A DNA stretch of 64,000 bases from Takakia lepidozioides (taxonomy: Eukaryota; Plantae; Bryophyta), in NCBI GenBank assembly GCA_030704615.1, contig CM060731.1:23498001-23562000 (forward strand), written 5' to 3'. Shown piece by piece: positions 50,421-62,000 of this stretch (positions are counted from its first letter, which is position 1; each line of letters starts with the position of its first letter). A program made the translations under genes and the position numbers. Below the pieces are notes generated by a model that worked only from the letters and a program-made list of their open reading frames with translations, searched no databases and was not told the origin of the DNA.

Positions 50421-53400
50421 TGACTACTTCTGCACTCCCATTAGATAGTGCATCCTCCCTGCCAACCGGGACGGTTGAAGCAGTGAGTGGGGGCGAGCAC
50501 ATGATCGTGGGTTGCAAACACCCATGGCAGATGTGGGATGAGATGCGCAAAGAGAGAGTCATTGGATCTCTCAAGTAGGGAGTGGGGAGAGCCATGGACT
50601 GAGGATCAGTTGGAGGCCAAGGTGGTCAAGGTTTTTAAAGAGGTTGAGAATGTTTATTGCTAAGAGGATGTTCTCAAGGTGGCTATGACGAAGCAAGTGG
50701 AGGCTACGCCATAGTCAGATTGGGCGGACAAGGCCCAAGAGGTTGTTATCTAGCAACCAAAGGATTCGTCTCCTACCTCCAAGCCTGGTGTACCCAAAGT
50801 TGCAGTCACTGAGGACAATTGGGAACCAGATGTTGGACCTACAGTCACCGGAGGAGAGAGACGGAGGATCCGGTGATTTCTATGGGCTTATAGAAATTGC
50901 TTTGCCTTCGGTTTGAAGGATTTGGGGAGTTTGAAGGGTCAGGAGATTTGTATTGATTTGGCAAGTGACACGCCAATCTTTCGAAGGCCCTACCAGTATA
51001 GTGACATGGAGAGGTCAGTGATCCAGTCACGGACTATGGAGTTATTTGAAGCTGGATTGGTGGAGTTGTCAGGCGGGGAGTATGCCTCGGCAACGGTGAT
51101 GCTAGCTAAGAAGGATTTCTATGGCAATTGGACAGAAAGAAGGATGTGTGGGGACTATCGTCCTGTGAACCGTCAGACTAAGTCCGACAGATATGCCATG
51201 CCAACTCTTGAGGAGATCTTTGATGCCATTGGGCATGCAAAGGTGTTTAGCACATTGGATTTGCGATCCGGTTATCACCAATTGCCAATCAAAGAGGCTG
51301 ACAAGCAAGAGACGGCATTTTGGGGGATTGACCAACATAGGAAGGATTGTTTGTACCAATGGCGGTTCTTACCGTTTGGGTTGAAGAATGCTCCTGCAGA
51401 GTTTCAGAGAGTCATGGATAGGATTCTCGCGGGGCTAGACTTCGTCCGGTGCTACATTGATGACATCCTCATCTTTAGTGCTACGGTTGAGGAGCATGAG
51501 AGACACCTTCAGGTGGTGTTTGAGCGCTTGAGAGCGCACGGGTTGAAACTGCACCTCGGAAAGTGCAAGTTCTTCCACGATCAGATTGAGTATCTGGGCC
51601 ACATGATATACCCTGGAGGATTGGGTGTTCAACAGACAAAGGTGGAGGCCATTGCATGCATTCCACGCCCCATGGATGTGAGCAGAGTTCGTGTTTTCAT
51701 GGGATTGGCAAACTACTATCGACGGTTTGTCAAGGGATTTAGCAGCATTGTAAAGGCTCTTACCAAGTTGACCAAGGTGGGTCAGGAGTGGCAATGGGAG
51801 GAGGAGCAGGAGGAAGCCTTTGAGGAACTCAAGGCTTGATTGACTTCTGCACCTATTCTGAGGCGGCCTATTCGGGGGTGGCATTTCCAGCTACATACGG
51901 ATTGGAGTATGCTGGGGATTGGAGCAATGCTCACACAAGTGGATGATGAGGGAAGAGAGTTCGTAGTGGCATATGCTAACCGCTCGAACAATGATGCCGA
52001 GACGAAGTATAGTTCCTATGAAGGGGAGTGTCTAGCTGCGGTATGGGCAGTGGCACATTTCAGATGCTACCTCTGGCAATCTCTTCACCCTTGTCACGAA
52101 TTACCAACCATTGAAGTGGTTGATGGAGTCAGACAAGCTTACAGGGAAGCTTGCACGGTGGGCACTTATGCTTCAAGAGTACGACTTCCAGGTGGTGCAT
52201 CGAGCCAGTATTGTCAATCGGGATGTAGTTGGATTGAGTCGTAATCCATGCACGAGCGAACATGATGATACTGGAGCTCAGTGGCATGGTGAGACGGATG
52301 AGGAGATGGTGCCAAGATGGCATGCATCGGCCTTTTTGTGCATTCTAGCAATGGGAGCTCAAGCTGGTTCATTCCATGCGATTGGTCATGTAGATAGCGT
52401 GCATGACGATCCAGAGACTAGTGAGGAGTTTGGTGGTGCTAAGGATGTGCATGAAGATGTAACAGTGTTGGCATACCTTCGTATCGGAGAGGTAACAACT
52501 AGTGTGACTGCTAAGGAGAGAGATTGGGTCCTACAACGAGCCAAGAGGTTCAAGTGGGAGGGGACTCACCTACTCCGGGTATGGGAGGATGGACGAGTGA
52601 GGATTGTGCCTCATCCAACACAACGAGCGCGATTGGTACGCCATGCCCATGAGGAGTTGGGACATTTTGGGGTGTGGCGCACTCATAGTTTGCTGCAAAG
52701 GCAGTATTGGTGGCGGGGCATGCATCCGGATGTGCAACAGTTAGTGGCAGGGTGCGTGGTGTGTGATAGAGTGTGGGCTTCTTTCAATGCCCCTATTCCA
52801 CAATTGCATCCTTTATCCATTATGGGTTTGGGCTATCGTTGGAGTCTTGACTTCGCAGTCCCATTAACACTGATGATTCGCCATAACAAGTATGTGCTGG
52901 TGATGGTGGAACACTTCTCCAAATGGATTGAATTGGTGGCATTGCCTGACAAGGCAAGTGAGGGGGCTGCGTATGCATTCTTAGATCGAGTGCTTAGCCA
53001 ATTTGGTGCTCCAGCCGAGGTACTCACGGACCAGGGGAGAGAGTTCTTGGGGGAGTTTCAGGCTTTGTGTGAGCAAGCCTTGATAGATCACCGCACTACT
53101 TCTCGGGATCATCCCGAGGCTGATGGCTTGGCGGAGAGAGTTGTTCAGACAGTCAAGAGAGGTTTGCGCAAGTACGGTTTGCAGAAGGGATACCTAGGAG
53201 ATTGAGACCTTCAGCTGCCTTGGCTAGCTATGGGCTATAGGTTCAGCAAACAAGCTTCACTTGCCGCCTTCTCACCTTATTTTCTTCTCTTCGGCCGAGA
53301 GCCGGATTTGCCTGCATCTATTCGCAGGGAGGCTGCAGTAGTTCTCAACCTTGATGATCCGGATGTGTAGACACAAGCATGTGCCCAGCGGGCAGAGTTG

Positions 53401-54151
53401 CTCAAGAGAGTCATGCCTATGGCTTTTGAGAACCTTGCTATTGCCCAACACCGAGACACATTGAGGTATGTCACTATACGTGGAGGGGGATATCGGCCAA
53501 GTGTTCGGCGTTTCCACCCTAAGGACTATGTGTATCTGCAGCAGACAACGCCTACGACCTTGGATGTCACAGCAGGATGTGTGATTCTAAGGGTCAGGGA
53601 GGTGTTGCCTTCAGGAGTGTTAATTCTGGAGGGTCGAGATGGCATGGTATGGAAGGACCATGTGCGCAATTGTGCGCCATGTCACCTTCCACATGTGGAT
53701 GAGATGATAGATCCCAACCTTTCAGTGGCACCTGCAGGGTTGCGTTGCATGCTATGTGGGCATTCTGGTGGCACCGCAACCATGTTGGTGTGTGACAAAT
53801 GCTCAAGGGGGTGGCACATGAGATACTTGACACCGCCACTTGAGGAGGTTCCTATCGGAGAATGGTTGTGTCCACGATGCCTTGGACAGAGGTAGTGGGC
53901 ATGACAATGGTGAGGCGGACAAGTGATCCAAGGGCTAGCTAGTGGGGCTTCAATGCCATGGATACTCAACTGAAGATCATGATTGCATGAAGGCGACTAA
54001 CGATGGGGCTACGTTTGCACCCGGCCTCTTGATCTATCAACTTCGGGTGTTGGGACTTGTGCAATTGAAGACCAAGCGATGATCTTATTGGGGTGGATAC
54101 TTGCAAGCTATTCGGTGTTAGAGGGACCTAATCACCAGCTAGGGGGGCGAT

Positions 54152-54674
54152 TGTGGCGTGGCTTTCTAGGACTATATGCTAGGAAGTGTGGTTGGATAGC
54201 GATGTATGTGGTGGCACGATGCTTAGGTGCACGACAGCTGTCATGGTTTTGTTTGTGATTAGTTAGAAATAGTTATTTCTAGCTAATTAGGACATTATAC
54301 ATTTATATTTGTATTTTGTTGGCATTGGGACTTCATTTGGTTCCATGTACCAAGTGAGGTGGCGAACCTCATTTGGGACGTGGAGATGTTATCTCCACGT
54401 GAGACGTAGGCAGGCTCGTCTTCTTCTAGTCGAGCCTCCCGAGGCCTCTCTCGCTGCCATAGCTCTAGTACTTGAGATGGAGAGTGGGTGAGGTATGTAT
54501 GGTGGAGTCCTTTAGCAAAGGTGCCATTGGCTTGACTTATATAACGTGATAGAGTGGTTTATCCTCTTTTCACCATTTCCGTATCATTGTGGCGTGGCTT
54601 TCTAGGACTATATGCTAGGAAGTGTGGTTGGACATCGATGTATGTGGTGGCACGATGCTTAGGTGCACGCCACA
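54152..54674 (+). repeat. 3' LTR of the methyltransferase-carrying element (523 bp) with an internal terminal direct repeat
   Basis: Follows the PPT; 9-bp inverted termini TGTGGCGTG...CACGCCACA; 54152-54236 is repeated at 54588-54674. Confidence 0.85.
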
Positions 54675-54884
54675 TGTGAGAAGGCATGTCCAACACTCTC
54701 GCAAAGATTCGAAGCAATCAAAATTCATTTGAACAGTTCACGATGGGTTCACCCTTTCAATATTTGCTTCACCTGATACTTGAGAGGACTTGTGACAAGA
54801 TATGTCCAACACACTCGCAAAGAATGAAAGCAATAAAAATTCATTTGAACAGCGATCGTTGAGTTCACGCTTTCAATCAATTTC

Positions 54885-56110
54885 TACGCGGTCGCCAGTG
54901 GGGCCTCGGGACCGCCCGGCTCCCGGTCCCTATTGCTTTTTTATTTTTCCATTTTTTTTGTACCCCTGCGGCTACTGTTGTGGCGGTCGCCGGTTGGGGG
55001 GTCGGGACCGCAAGACTTTCTTAAAATTTGTTTACCCATTCAGCGGTCCCTTTTATTTAGGTTTTTAATAATAATAATAATAATAATAATAAAATTTTAA
55101 ACCCAGGAGGCGTTCGCTGTGGCGGTCGCTTATTGGGGGCTCGGGACCGCGAGACTGGCGGTCCACACTTTAAAAAAAAAAAAGTGTTTCCACTTGGTTT
55201 TTTACCCATAAGGCGACCGCTTCGGCAGTCGGCAATTGGGGGCTCAGGACCGCTAGATTGGCGGTCCCCACCTTTTTCGTATTTGTTTCCACTTGTTTTT
55301 GTACCCATGAGGTGATCGCCTCGGCGGTCGCCGATGAGGGGCTCGGGACCGCCAGACTGGCGGTCCCCACCTTTTCTTTTTGTTTCTTTTTGTTTTTGTA
55401 CCCATGAGGCGACCACTGCGGCGGTCGCCGTTTGGGGGCTCGGGACCGCCAGACTGGAGGTTCCAATGTCGCTCTTGGCCGTGTGTGTGTGGGGGGGGGG
55501 GGGGGGGGGGGGGTGGTGGGGGCCGGGTGCTGCTAAGCGACCGCTAAAGTGGCGGTCGCCACCATCTCCACGTCACCCAGCACACAGGCGGCTGCCGCTG
55601 TGGCGGTCGCCATAATCGCCACGTCACCCACCCTGCCCAACCACCCTGCCACCCACCGCCCAGCCACCCTGCCCAGCCATCCTGCCACCCATCGCCCAAC
55701 CACCCACCCTTCCACGTGCTCGTATTGCAGCCGCGGCCCGTCAGGCGACCGCACGTGGCGGTCGCCCTGTTCTCCCTCCCTGCGACGGCACGTGGCGGTC
55801 GTTCTCTTCTCCCGCCTGCGACCTGCACGTGGCGGTTGTCCCGCCCGCCCCTCCGGGCACCCCCTGCTGCCTGACCGCCACCTCACCAGAGGCGACTTGC
55901 GCTTGAGGATGCCCTGCCGCCACCTCATAGGAGGCGACCGCCATGGTGGCGGTCGCCGAGATCGCCACCACGTCCGGCAGAGTGGCGACCGCCACTGAGG
56001 CGGGCGCTTGCCTCGCCACCTCACCCGGCTCAGGGGCGACCGACGCCAACTCACTGGCTCCGAGGTGACCGCATGACGTCATACTTGCCACCTCCTTGGG
56101 CACGCCGGCA
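54885..56110. repeat. GC-rich palindromic repeat region (GGCGGTCGCC / GGCGACCGCC / GGGACCGC), probably DNA-transposon subterminal repeats
   Basis: About five ~115-bp units at 54940-55470 (TTGTACCC...GCGGTCGCC...GGGGCTCGGGACCGC), a G run at 55491-55513 and many further motif copies to 56110. Confidence 0.75.
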
Positions 56111-56297
56111 ATTGTGCCATGCTGTCTAAAGACGTGGTAATGTTCTAGCCATGTCTTTACCTACTGACGTGACGTATGACCCAAATCCCGTCAGTGTCGC
56201 TGACGCCGACGTGACGTTAGTCACGTCAGAAGATGTATGTATGGGTCCGTAAAAGTATCATATCCAAGCTACATAATCCATAAATCTGAAGATGAGT

Positions 56298-56610
56298 GCA
56301 AGTGTAAGTGTCAATGAACATGAAGAGGAACCATACAATTTTATGAATATGACCCAAACCATGGAAGATTGACACAATATTGACTAACTTATACAACACT
56401 TCCAAACTAATTTATATACATTTTGTCTTATGTGTATGGTGGGATGTGTAAGCAGAGCAAGTGTAAGTGTCAATGAATATGGAGAAGAGCCATATACTTT
56501 TATAAATATGATCCAAACCATGGAATCTTCAGACAATATTAACTAACTTATATAACACTTCCAAACTAAGTTATATACATTTTTTCTTATGTGTATGACA
56601 GAATGTGTAA
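56298..56610 (+). repeat. Two-copy AT-rich tandem repeat (~160 bp)
   Basis: GCAAGTGTAAGTGTCAATGAA...CCAAACCATGGAA...AACACTTCCAAACTAA occurs twice. Confidence 0.85.
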
Positions 56611-57281
56611 TTGTATTATTATACATATGTAATTATACTTATGTACAACCATATAAGACCTAAATGTATTGCATTATACATTCAAACATTTGTAGAATTG
56701 ATTTGAGTATCACATGACATACAATATACTAGCATTGCAACATGAATTCATATATTCATGCAAGTGTTTCAAGTTCGCACAATCGTCTGTTCACAAAGAA
56801 ATGTGTCATCATCTAAACTTTCTTGGAACCCTTTCCTCTTGAACTTCCTCCCCTTGCTCACTTTCCTCCCCGTCCTCTCTTTCATTTTTTCCTTCATTTA
56901 TCTCCTCTTGTATTTCTCTCCTCCGGGACAATATCTCATTCTACCTCTTCTATTCCTTCTCCCTCATGCACTCTCTTTCTAGCCCGCTCCTGTGTCTCAC
57001 GCACTTTGCGAAGGTGCATCAAAGTCCATTTTCCTACTTTTTGTCCTCTCATTTCTTTCATCTACTCTTCTTTGTTTTCCCACAAAAGCTTTGCATATGA
57101 GTAATCGTTGGCTTCGAGGACAAGCCCAAGCGTGCCTGCTCGATCATCCAAGCCGTCTTCCCAACCGTCCTCTGTAGACACAAAAAGTCAAGATATAACT
57201 AACAAACAAATGATGAGCCTAAATAAATGATCAAAAACCACCAACACCAACACATGAATTGATGATGAGTTTAAAAATAGT

Positions 57282-57518
57282 TTATATACCACTGAAGATG
57301 TCGATGGTGGCATTCAATGACTCTTGTTCCTCCACGTTTGCAAGAGACTGTTGGTAGTGGGCGAAGCCCGTGCGAATCAATGTGGTCAACCAATGGTCAT
57401 GTATATTGAGGGGATGCACCAACATATGATGATGTTTGGTACGAACTCCCTTCAAACAATTCACAAAACCCGCGCGCATAGCCATCACCAAAGGGCAAGC
57501 TTGTATATCTGTTCTCAT
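57282..57518 (-). pseudogene. Possible Ulp1-like (C48) protease relic of a DNA transposon
   Basis: LVHPLNIHDHWLTTLI...YQQSL resembles the Ulp1 P.N..HW...Y.DSL motif; short and weak. Confidence 0.3.
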
Positions 57519-57659
57519 GTTAACTGGTTTCCCAACCCTCTCTCTCTCCCTCTCAAACTTAATGTCAAGTTTTCGTCAATGCACTTCAAAGCATTCCGCC
57601 TTGCATTTACCTCATTTTCTGTAGCCGCTTTCTGTCTCCTTATCCACTTCTCATTTTCA

Positions 57660-57767
57660 GTTTTCCCATGGTCCAGATGCATGGGAAACAGGAATGGCAA
57701 GATATGGAGCCCAAGGATCATATCGTTGCCTTACATTCCTAACCAATACCTCTTGAGCCTACCGGTA
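57660..57767 (+). mobile_element. ~105-bp internal fragment of ORF1 of the L1 at 22160-30532
   Basis: AAACAGGAATGGCAAGATATGGAGCCCAA.GATCATAT.GTTGCCTTACATTCCT.ACCAATACCTCTTGAGCCTACCGG is nearly identical to 23478-23558. Confidence 0.85.
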
Positions 57768-57809
57768 ATCAAGTAACTTGCGAAGTGTGAGCTTCACCAA
57801 AGACAAATT

Positions 57810-58640
57810 TAAAATACAAGACACAATGAAGTGGACATAAACTCTAAACTGCCTCGTGTATTGAATTCCACTATCCAAGACTACACCCAATGCGAACCCT
57901 AAACCCTAAACCCTAAACCCTAAACTAATACTTGTCACATTTGACTTAATATACAATCCTAGTGGAATCATAGATTAATGTTCATAAACTATGTTTGTAT
58001 CTATTTACAAGTGTATTTAAAACATAAAGACACCCAAAGCAAAGAGGATAGAGAAGAGAACTTCAAACATAGAATTTCAATGCTTAAAAAAACAAGACAC
58101 TATGAAGTGGAGATAAACCCTAAACTACCTCGTGTATTATTATCCAAGACTACACATACATATGTAGTTATACAATCCTAGTGGAATCATAGATTAATGT
58201 TCATAAACTATGTTTTGTATCTATTCACAAGTGTATTTAAAACTTGAAGACACGCAAAGCAAAGAGGATAGAGAAGAGAACGTCAAGCAAATAACTTGAA
58301 GCATTGAAGAGAGTTCAAGAGAACTTCAAGCAAGAGAATTTCAATGCTTAAGAAAACAAGACACAATGAAGTGGAGATAAACCCTAAACTACCTCGTGTA
58401 TTAAATTCCACTATCCAAGACTACACCCAATGCGAACCCTAAACCTCAACCCTCAACTAAAACTTGTCACATTTGAGTTAATATACAATCCTAGTGGAAT
58501 CATAGACTAATGCTCATAAACTATGTTTTGTATCTATTCACAAGTGTATTTAAAACTTAAAGAGATCCAAAGCAAAGAGGATAGAGAAGAGAACTTCAAG
58601 CATTGAAGAGAGTTCAAAAGAACTTCGAGCATTGAAGCAC
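57810..58640 (+). repeat. Three-copy tandem repeat (~220-310 bp) including interstitial (CCCTAAA)4 at 57897-57924
   Basis: ATACAATCCTAGTGGAATCATAGA at ~57951, 58170 and 58483; CAAGACAC.ATGAAGTGGA three times. Confidence 0.85.
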
Positions 58641-59019
58641 GAAAAAATATAAAATGGAAAGCACAAAGATTATAAACAGCACGGAAGAGTTGATGAAGCC
58701 ATACCTTAATTTGTAGACCAAGAACTTCATAGGAGAGAGGAGCCTAGGGCGGCCTGTGGTCGGCCCTTGAGGTTGACGGTAAGTCGGCTCTTCATTGCTT
58801 GGCAGAAGATACTGGTCTAGGTAGTATCACAGGAGCAATCACGTCGCTCCATAATGCCTCAAGCCTGACCATGCTTCATAACTAGGATTGGAATGGAATC
58901 GACAACATTCATGGCCTACAAAGTGATGTTGAAACCGTTGTCCTACCCCACTGCCCCAGTCGCATACACATTACACTGCTGCATTGAAGTTAACAGGAAT
59001 TATGGCTTGTGGCATGTTT

Positions 59020-62000
59020 CTACTTCCTCGTACTTGCTTCCTCCACCTCTCCCTTCCACTGCTACCTTCATCCTTCCTAGCAGCGCCTTCTTCACAGGAT
59101 TCTCTCCCCGTTCTAATCTACCAGAAACGTTGCACTCTCCAGTTTGGTGCCTCTCTCTTCCGCTTTCGCATTCCCTATCTAGTTCGTATTCTAACCAAAC
59201 TGCAACTGTGGTTGCCATGTCTTCTCGGGGAGAGCCCAGCAAAAGGGGTAGAAGGGGCGGCTCATCCTTTGGAAGCAGAGGCAAAGGTCGAGGATGGGCT
59301 AAGAAAGCAACTCCAGCTGATGGCAATGTCGCCTCCATTCTGGGGAAGGGTCCCTCGTCAAGGCCTCCCCCTCAATCCCCAATTACTTCCGAGCAGGGCT
59401 GGGACGACACAACGATACCGATTGACGCTGCACAACCAGTCATTGCGTTAAACAAAGAGAAGATGATGGCTCAAGCCCAAAAGCTGACCAAATAGGGTAT
59501 ATTGTTATACTTTCCTGGCAAGATGAGGCCTAGGGAATCGATTCGCAGATGGGTTGCTGAGCATCTTGGAGCGGATGGAGGCTTATCCCACCAGTTCAGT
59601 ATCACCATGGGAAAGGGATTTTATGCCGTCATTTTCTGCTCAGTGAAAGAGGCAGAAAAGGCCTCAATTTTAACACAAGGAATTCCTTAGTGAAGGTCCA
59701 CATCTTCCCATGGGTGCAGGACTGGGGGCATAAGGAGGGGGTCACCTGGAAGCCCCGAGTAATTGCAATCCCCTTCCTGCCCCCAACTTATCTCTCCTCG
59801 CTGCCAGAAATTGGTGCCAGTTTTGGCACTTACATTGGAGCCATCAGAGTGGAGGACCTAATCCTCAGCGTTGACAACGAAGCTGTCCACTTGGATTATA
59901 GCAAAGACAATGGAGTCCCCAAGCCAGTGGTCCTCATGCCGGAATCTGCAAACATTGGGTCATCAATCAAATTACCCACCTTGGATGACTCACTCATTGT
60001 GGTTGCAATTAGAGAAGATATACATGCGATTATTTGCTTTGAGTGCAATGGTGAGGGCCATGTTAAGGCGGACTGCCCACAGGCCAAAAGGAAACCATTG
60101 ATGGATAAGCAAACTGGAGACTCTGATTCCTCAAAGCCGGCACCGTTGTCCACCTCAGAAACAGTGGCAGTTGTGCCTCTGCAAGTCTCCTCAAAGGGGA
60201 AGGAGAAAACTGGGGAGGACCTGCAGCAATGGAAAGTAACCAAAAAGAGAAGAAGAAATGAGGACCTCACAGTCTGGAATCATCCACCACAGGCAAGTGG
60301 CTCAAGCCCAGCCAAAGAGGCCATGGCATGGGCAACCTTTCCTTTCACTAAGCAACATTTGCAGGAGCTGGACAGCTCCAGCTTGGCGGTGGCTTTCTTG
60401 GAACTCCACTCCTTTACTACTCTACCACTTAATGGCTGGACACCAGGCTCGGACTATGCTAGAGACTCAGCAGCAATTTGCATTACACCCCTGTTCTTCA
60501 CATTCATGGACGGGCTCACCAACTTCTGCCTTTCAAGCAAGCTAGAAGGATTCAAATTCACTTGGATCTCGGAGGAATCTGGCAACCAAATTCGATGTTG
60601 GGAAGGAGACGGACCTCATGCTCAAGGTCTCGTAGGACATTCTGGAATATTTCTTCCCAAATCTGGTGCCCACTCAGCCAAATATCGAAGAAGTCGGCGT
60701 TATGGTGGAAAACAGTCCACCATAACCCTGACCTCGCAATAATTCATGTTCTGCATGTCATCTCTAGCTACTACCTCAATCTAATTGGGGGGAAGAACAA
60801 TTGGGTTTGGGTCTCCAAAAACGGGCTAGGCTAGGTACCTGACCCCCCATCTGGGGCAAGAAATGCAATGATCCTACAAGAAGGCGTGAAAATGGTGGAG
60901 GAAATGCTCAACAAACAAAAAAGGAAGACGGCGACAGAGGCCAGGCCTGTGCAGGAACAGCCCCCGCGTCTTCAAGAGATGGGGGCTCATATGGCAGCAC
61001 CGGAGCTATCCATCACTCTCATGATTCAGGAGGAGATTGTCGACTCCCCACCAGTGGTAGGCATGCACCCTTGTGCCTACTCTCCCCCTTCCCCAACTTC
61101 TTTCTCAATGTTGTGCAAGTTGCCCCTACTGGTTCTGCTGATGGCCACCTCACCCACTGAAGTGGAGAACAAATTCTTGCCTCACCATAGATTTGTTGCA
61201 AGCCTCAATCACCTTGCTGGTTGCTAGGTCATAGGCAGACAGGGCAGGTAGAGGCTACAGTGCATTCAAAGGTTACAGTGCTTCCCCAGAAAAGGCCATC
61301 AATCATGATTGATCATGGGCCTCCAGCCCACCCCCTCATGAACTTCTCCTTGTATAGCTGGAATGTCCGGGGACTGGGGTCAGATCACTCAGCCCCCAAA
61401 AGGACAAGAATCAGATCTTGGGCGGCCAATCTGCTCTCTCGAAACTCCATAGTTTTCCTGCAGGAGCACAAATTGTCCCAGAGTAAGATAAGCTTCATTA
61501 GGACAATCCTTTTGGCCTTTTGTCAATGCCCTCTGGAACCCCACGATTGCTGACTCTAGGGGGGGAACAGCCACTCTAATCTCCCCCGCATTGGCCCCAT
61601 CGGAGGAAATCTGGATCCAAGGCCGTGCACAAAGCCTCTTTCTCTCAGGCAGTCATGTCATAGGAACAGTTGGCATAATTAACATTTATGCCCCTAACCA
61701 AGAGAAAGAAAGAGCTGTTTTCTGGAATCAGATCAGGGAAAAGATCCTCCTATATCCGGCTGTTCAGCACTGGATCTTAGGAGGGGACTTCAATATCCAT
61801 CTGACCATTTGGGCCCTAACAACCACACGATCTCACAGCAGAAAAGAAACGCGTGGGAAATGCTATGTATGTCAGTGGGGCTGCTAGATGCAACCCAGCC
61901 TCTGAACAACGAACTGCTATTCTCATGGACAAACAACAGGAACCTCCAGACCTCTATCAGGCAAGGTTAGACCGGTTCTATTGTACGACAAACCTGCTTA

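Larger units (their letters stand above)
48126..54674 (+). mobile_element. 5'-truncated Ty3/gypsy element with domain order protease - DNMT3-like C5 methyltransferase - RT - RNase H - integrase - PHD, then PPT and 3' LTR
   Basis: RVLLDSEAQ (~48733); methyltransferase motifs 49441-50420; RT RMCGDYR..LPFGLKNAP..YIDD; RNase H LHTDWS..YEGEC; integrase HEELGHFG..CVVC..WSLDF..LTDQG..AER; PHD 53740-53895; PPT AGGGGGG at 54141. Confidence 0.93.

Noticed and set aside
38469-54679. Possible shared TSD (CGTGA / TGTGA) around the whole two-element block
   Set aside because: There is one mismatch, the two terminal LTRs belong to different families, and TGTGA is part of a local tandem unit (54675-54870); probably chance.
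55533-56103. Arg/Pro-rich ORFs of 94-173 aa
   Set aside because: By-products of GC-rich repeats that lack stop codons; no domain signal.
57897-57924. Telomere
   Set aside because: Only four CCCTAAA units, embedded in a tandem repeat; an interstitial telo-box-like tract.
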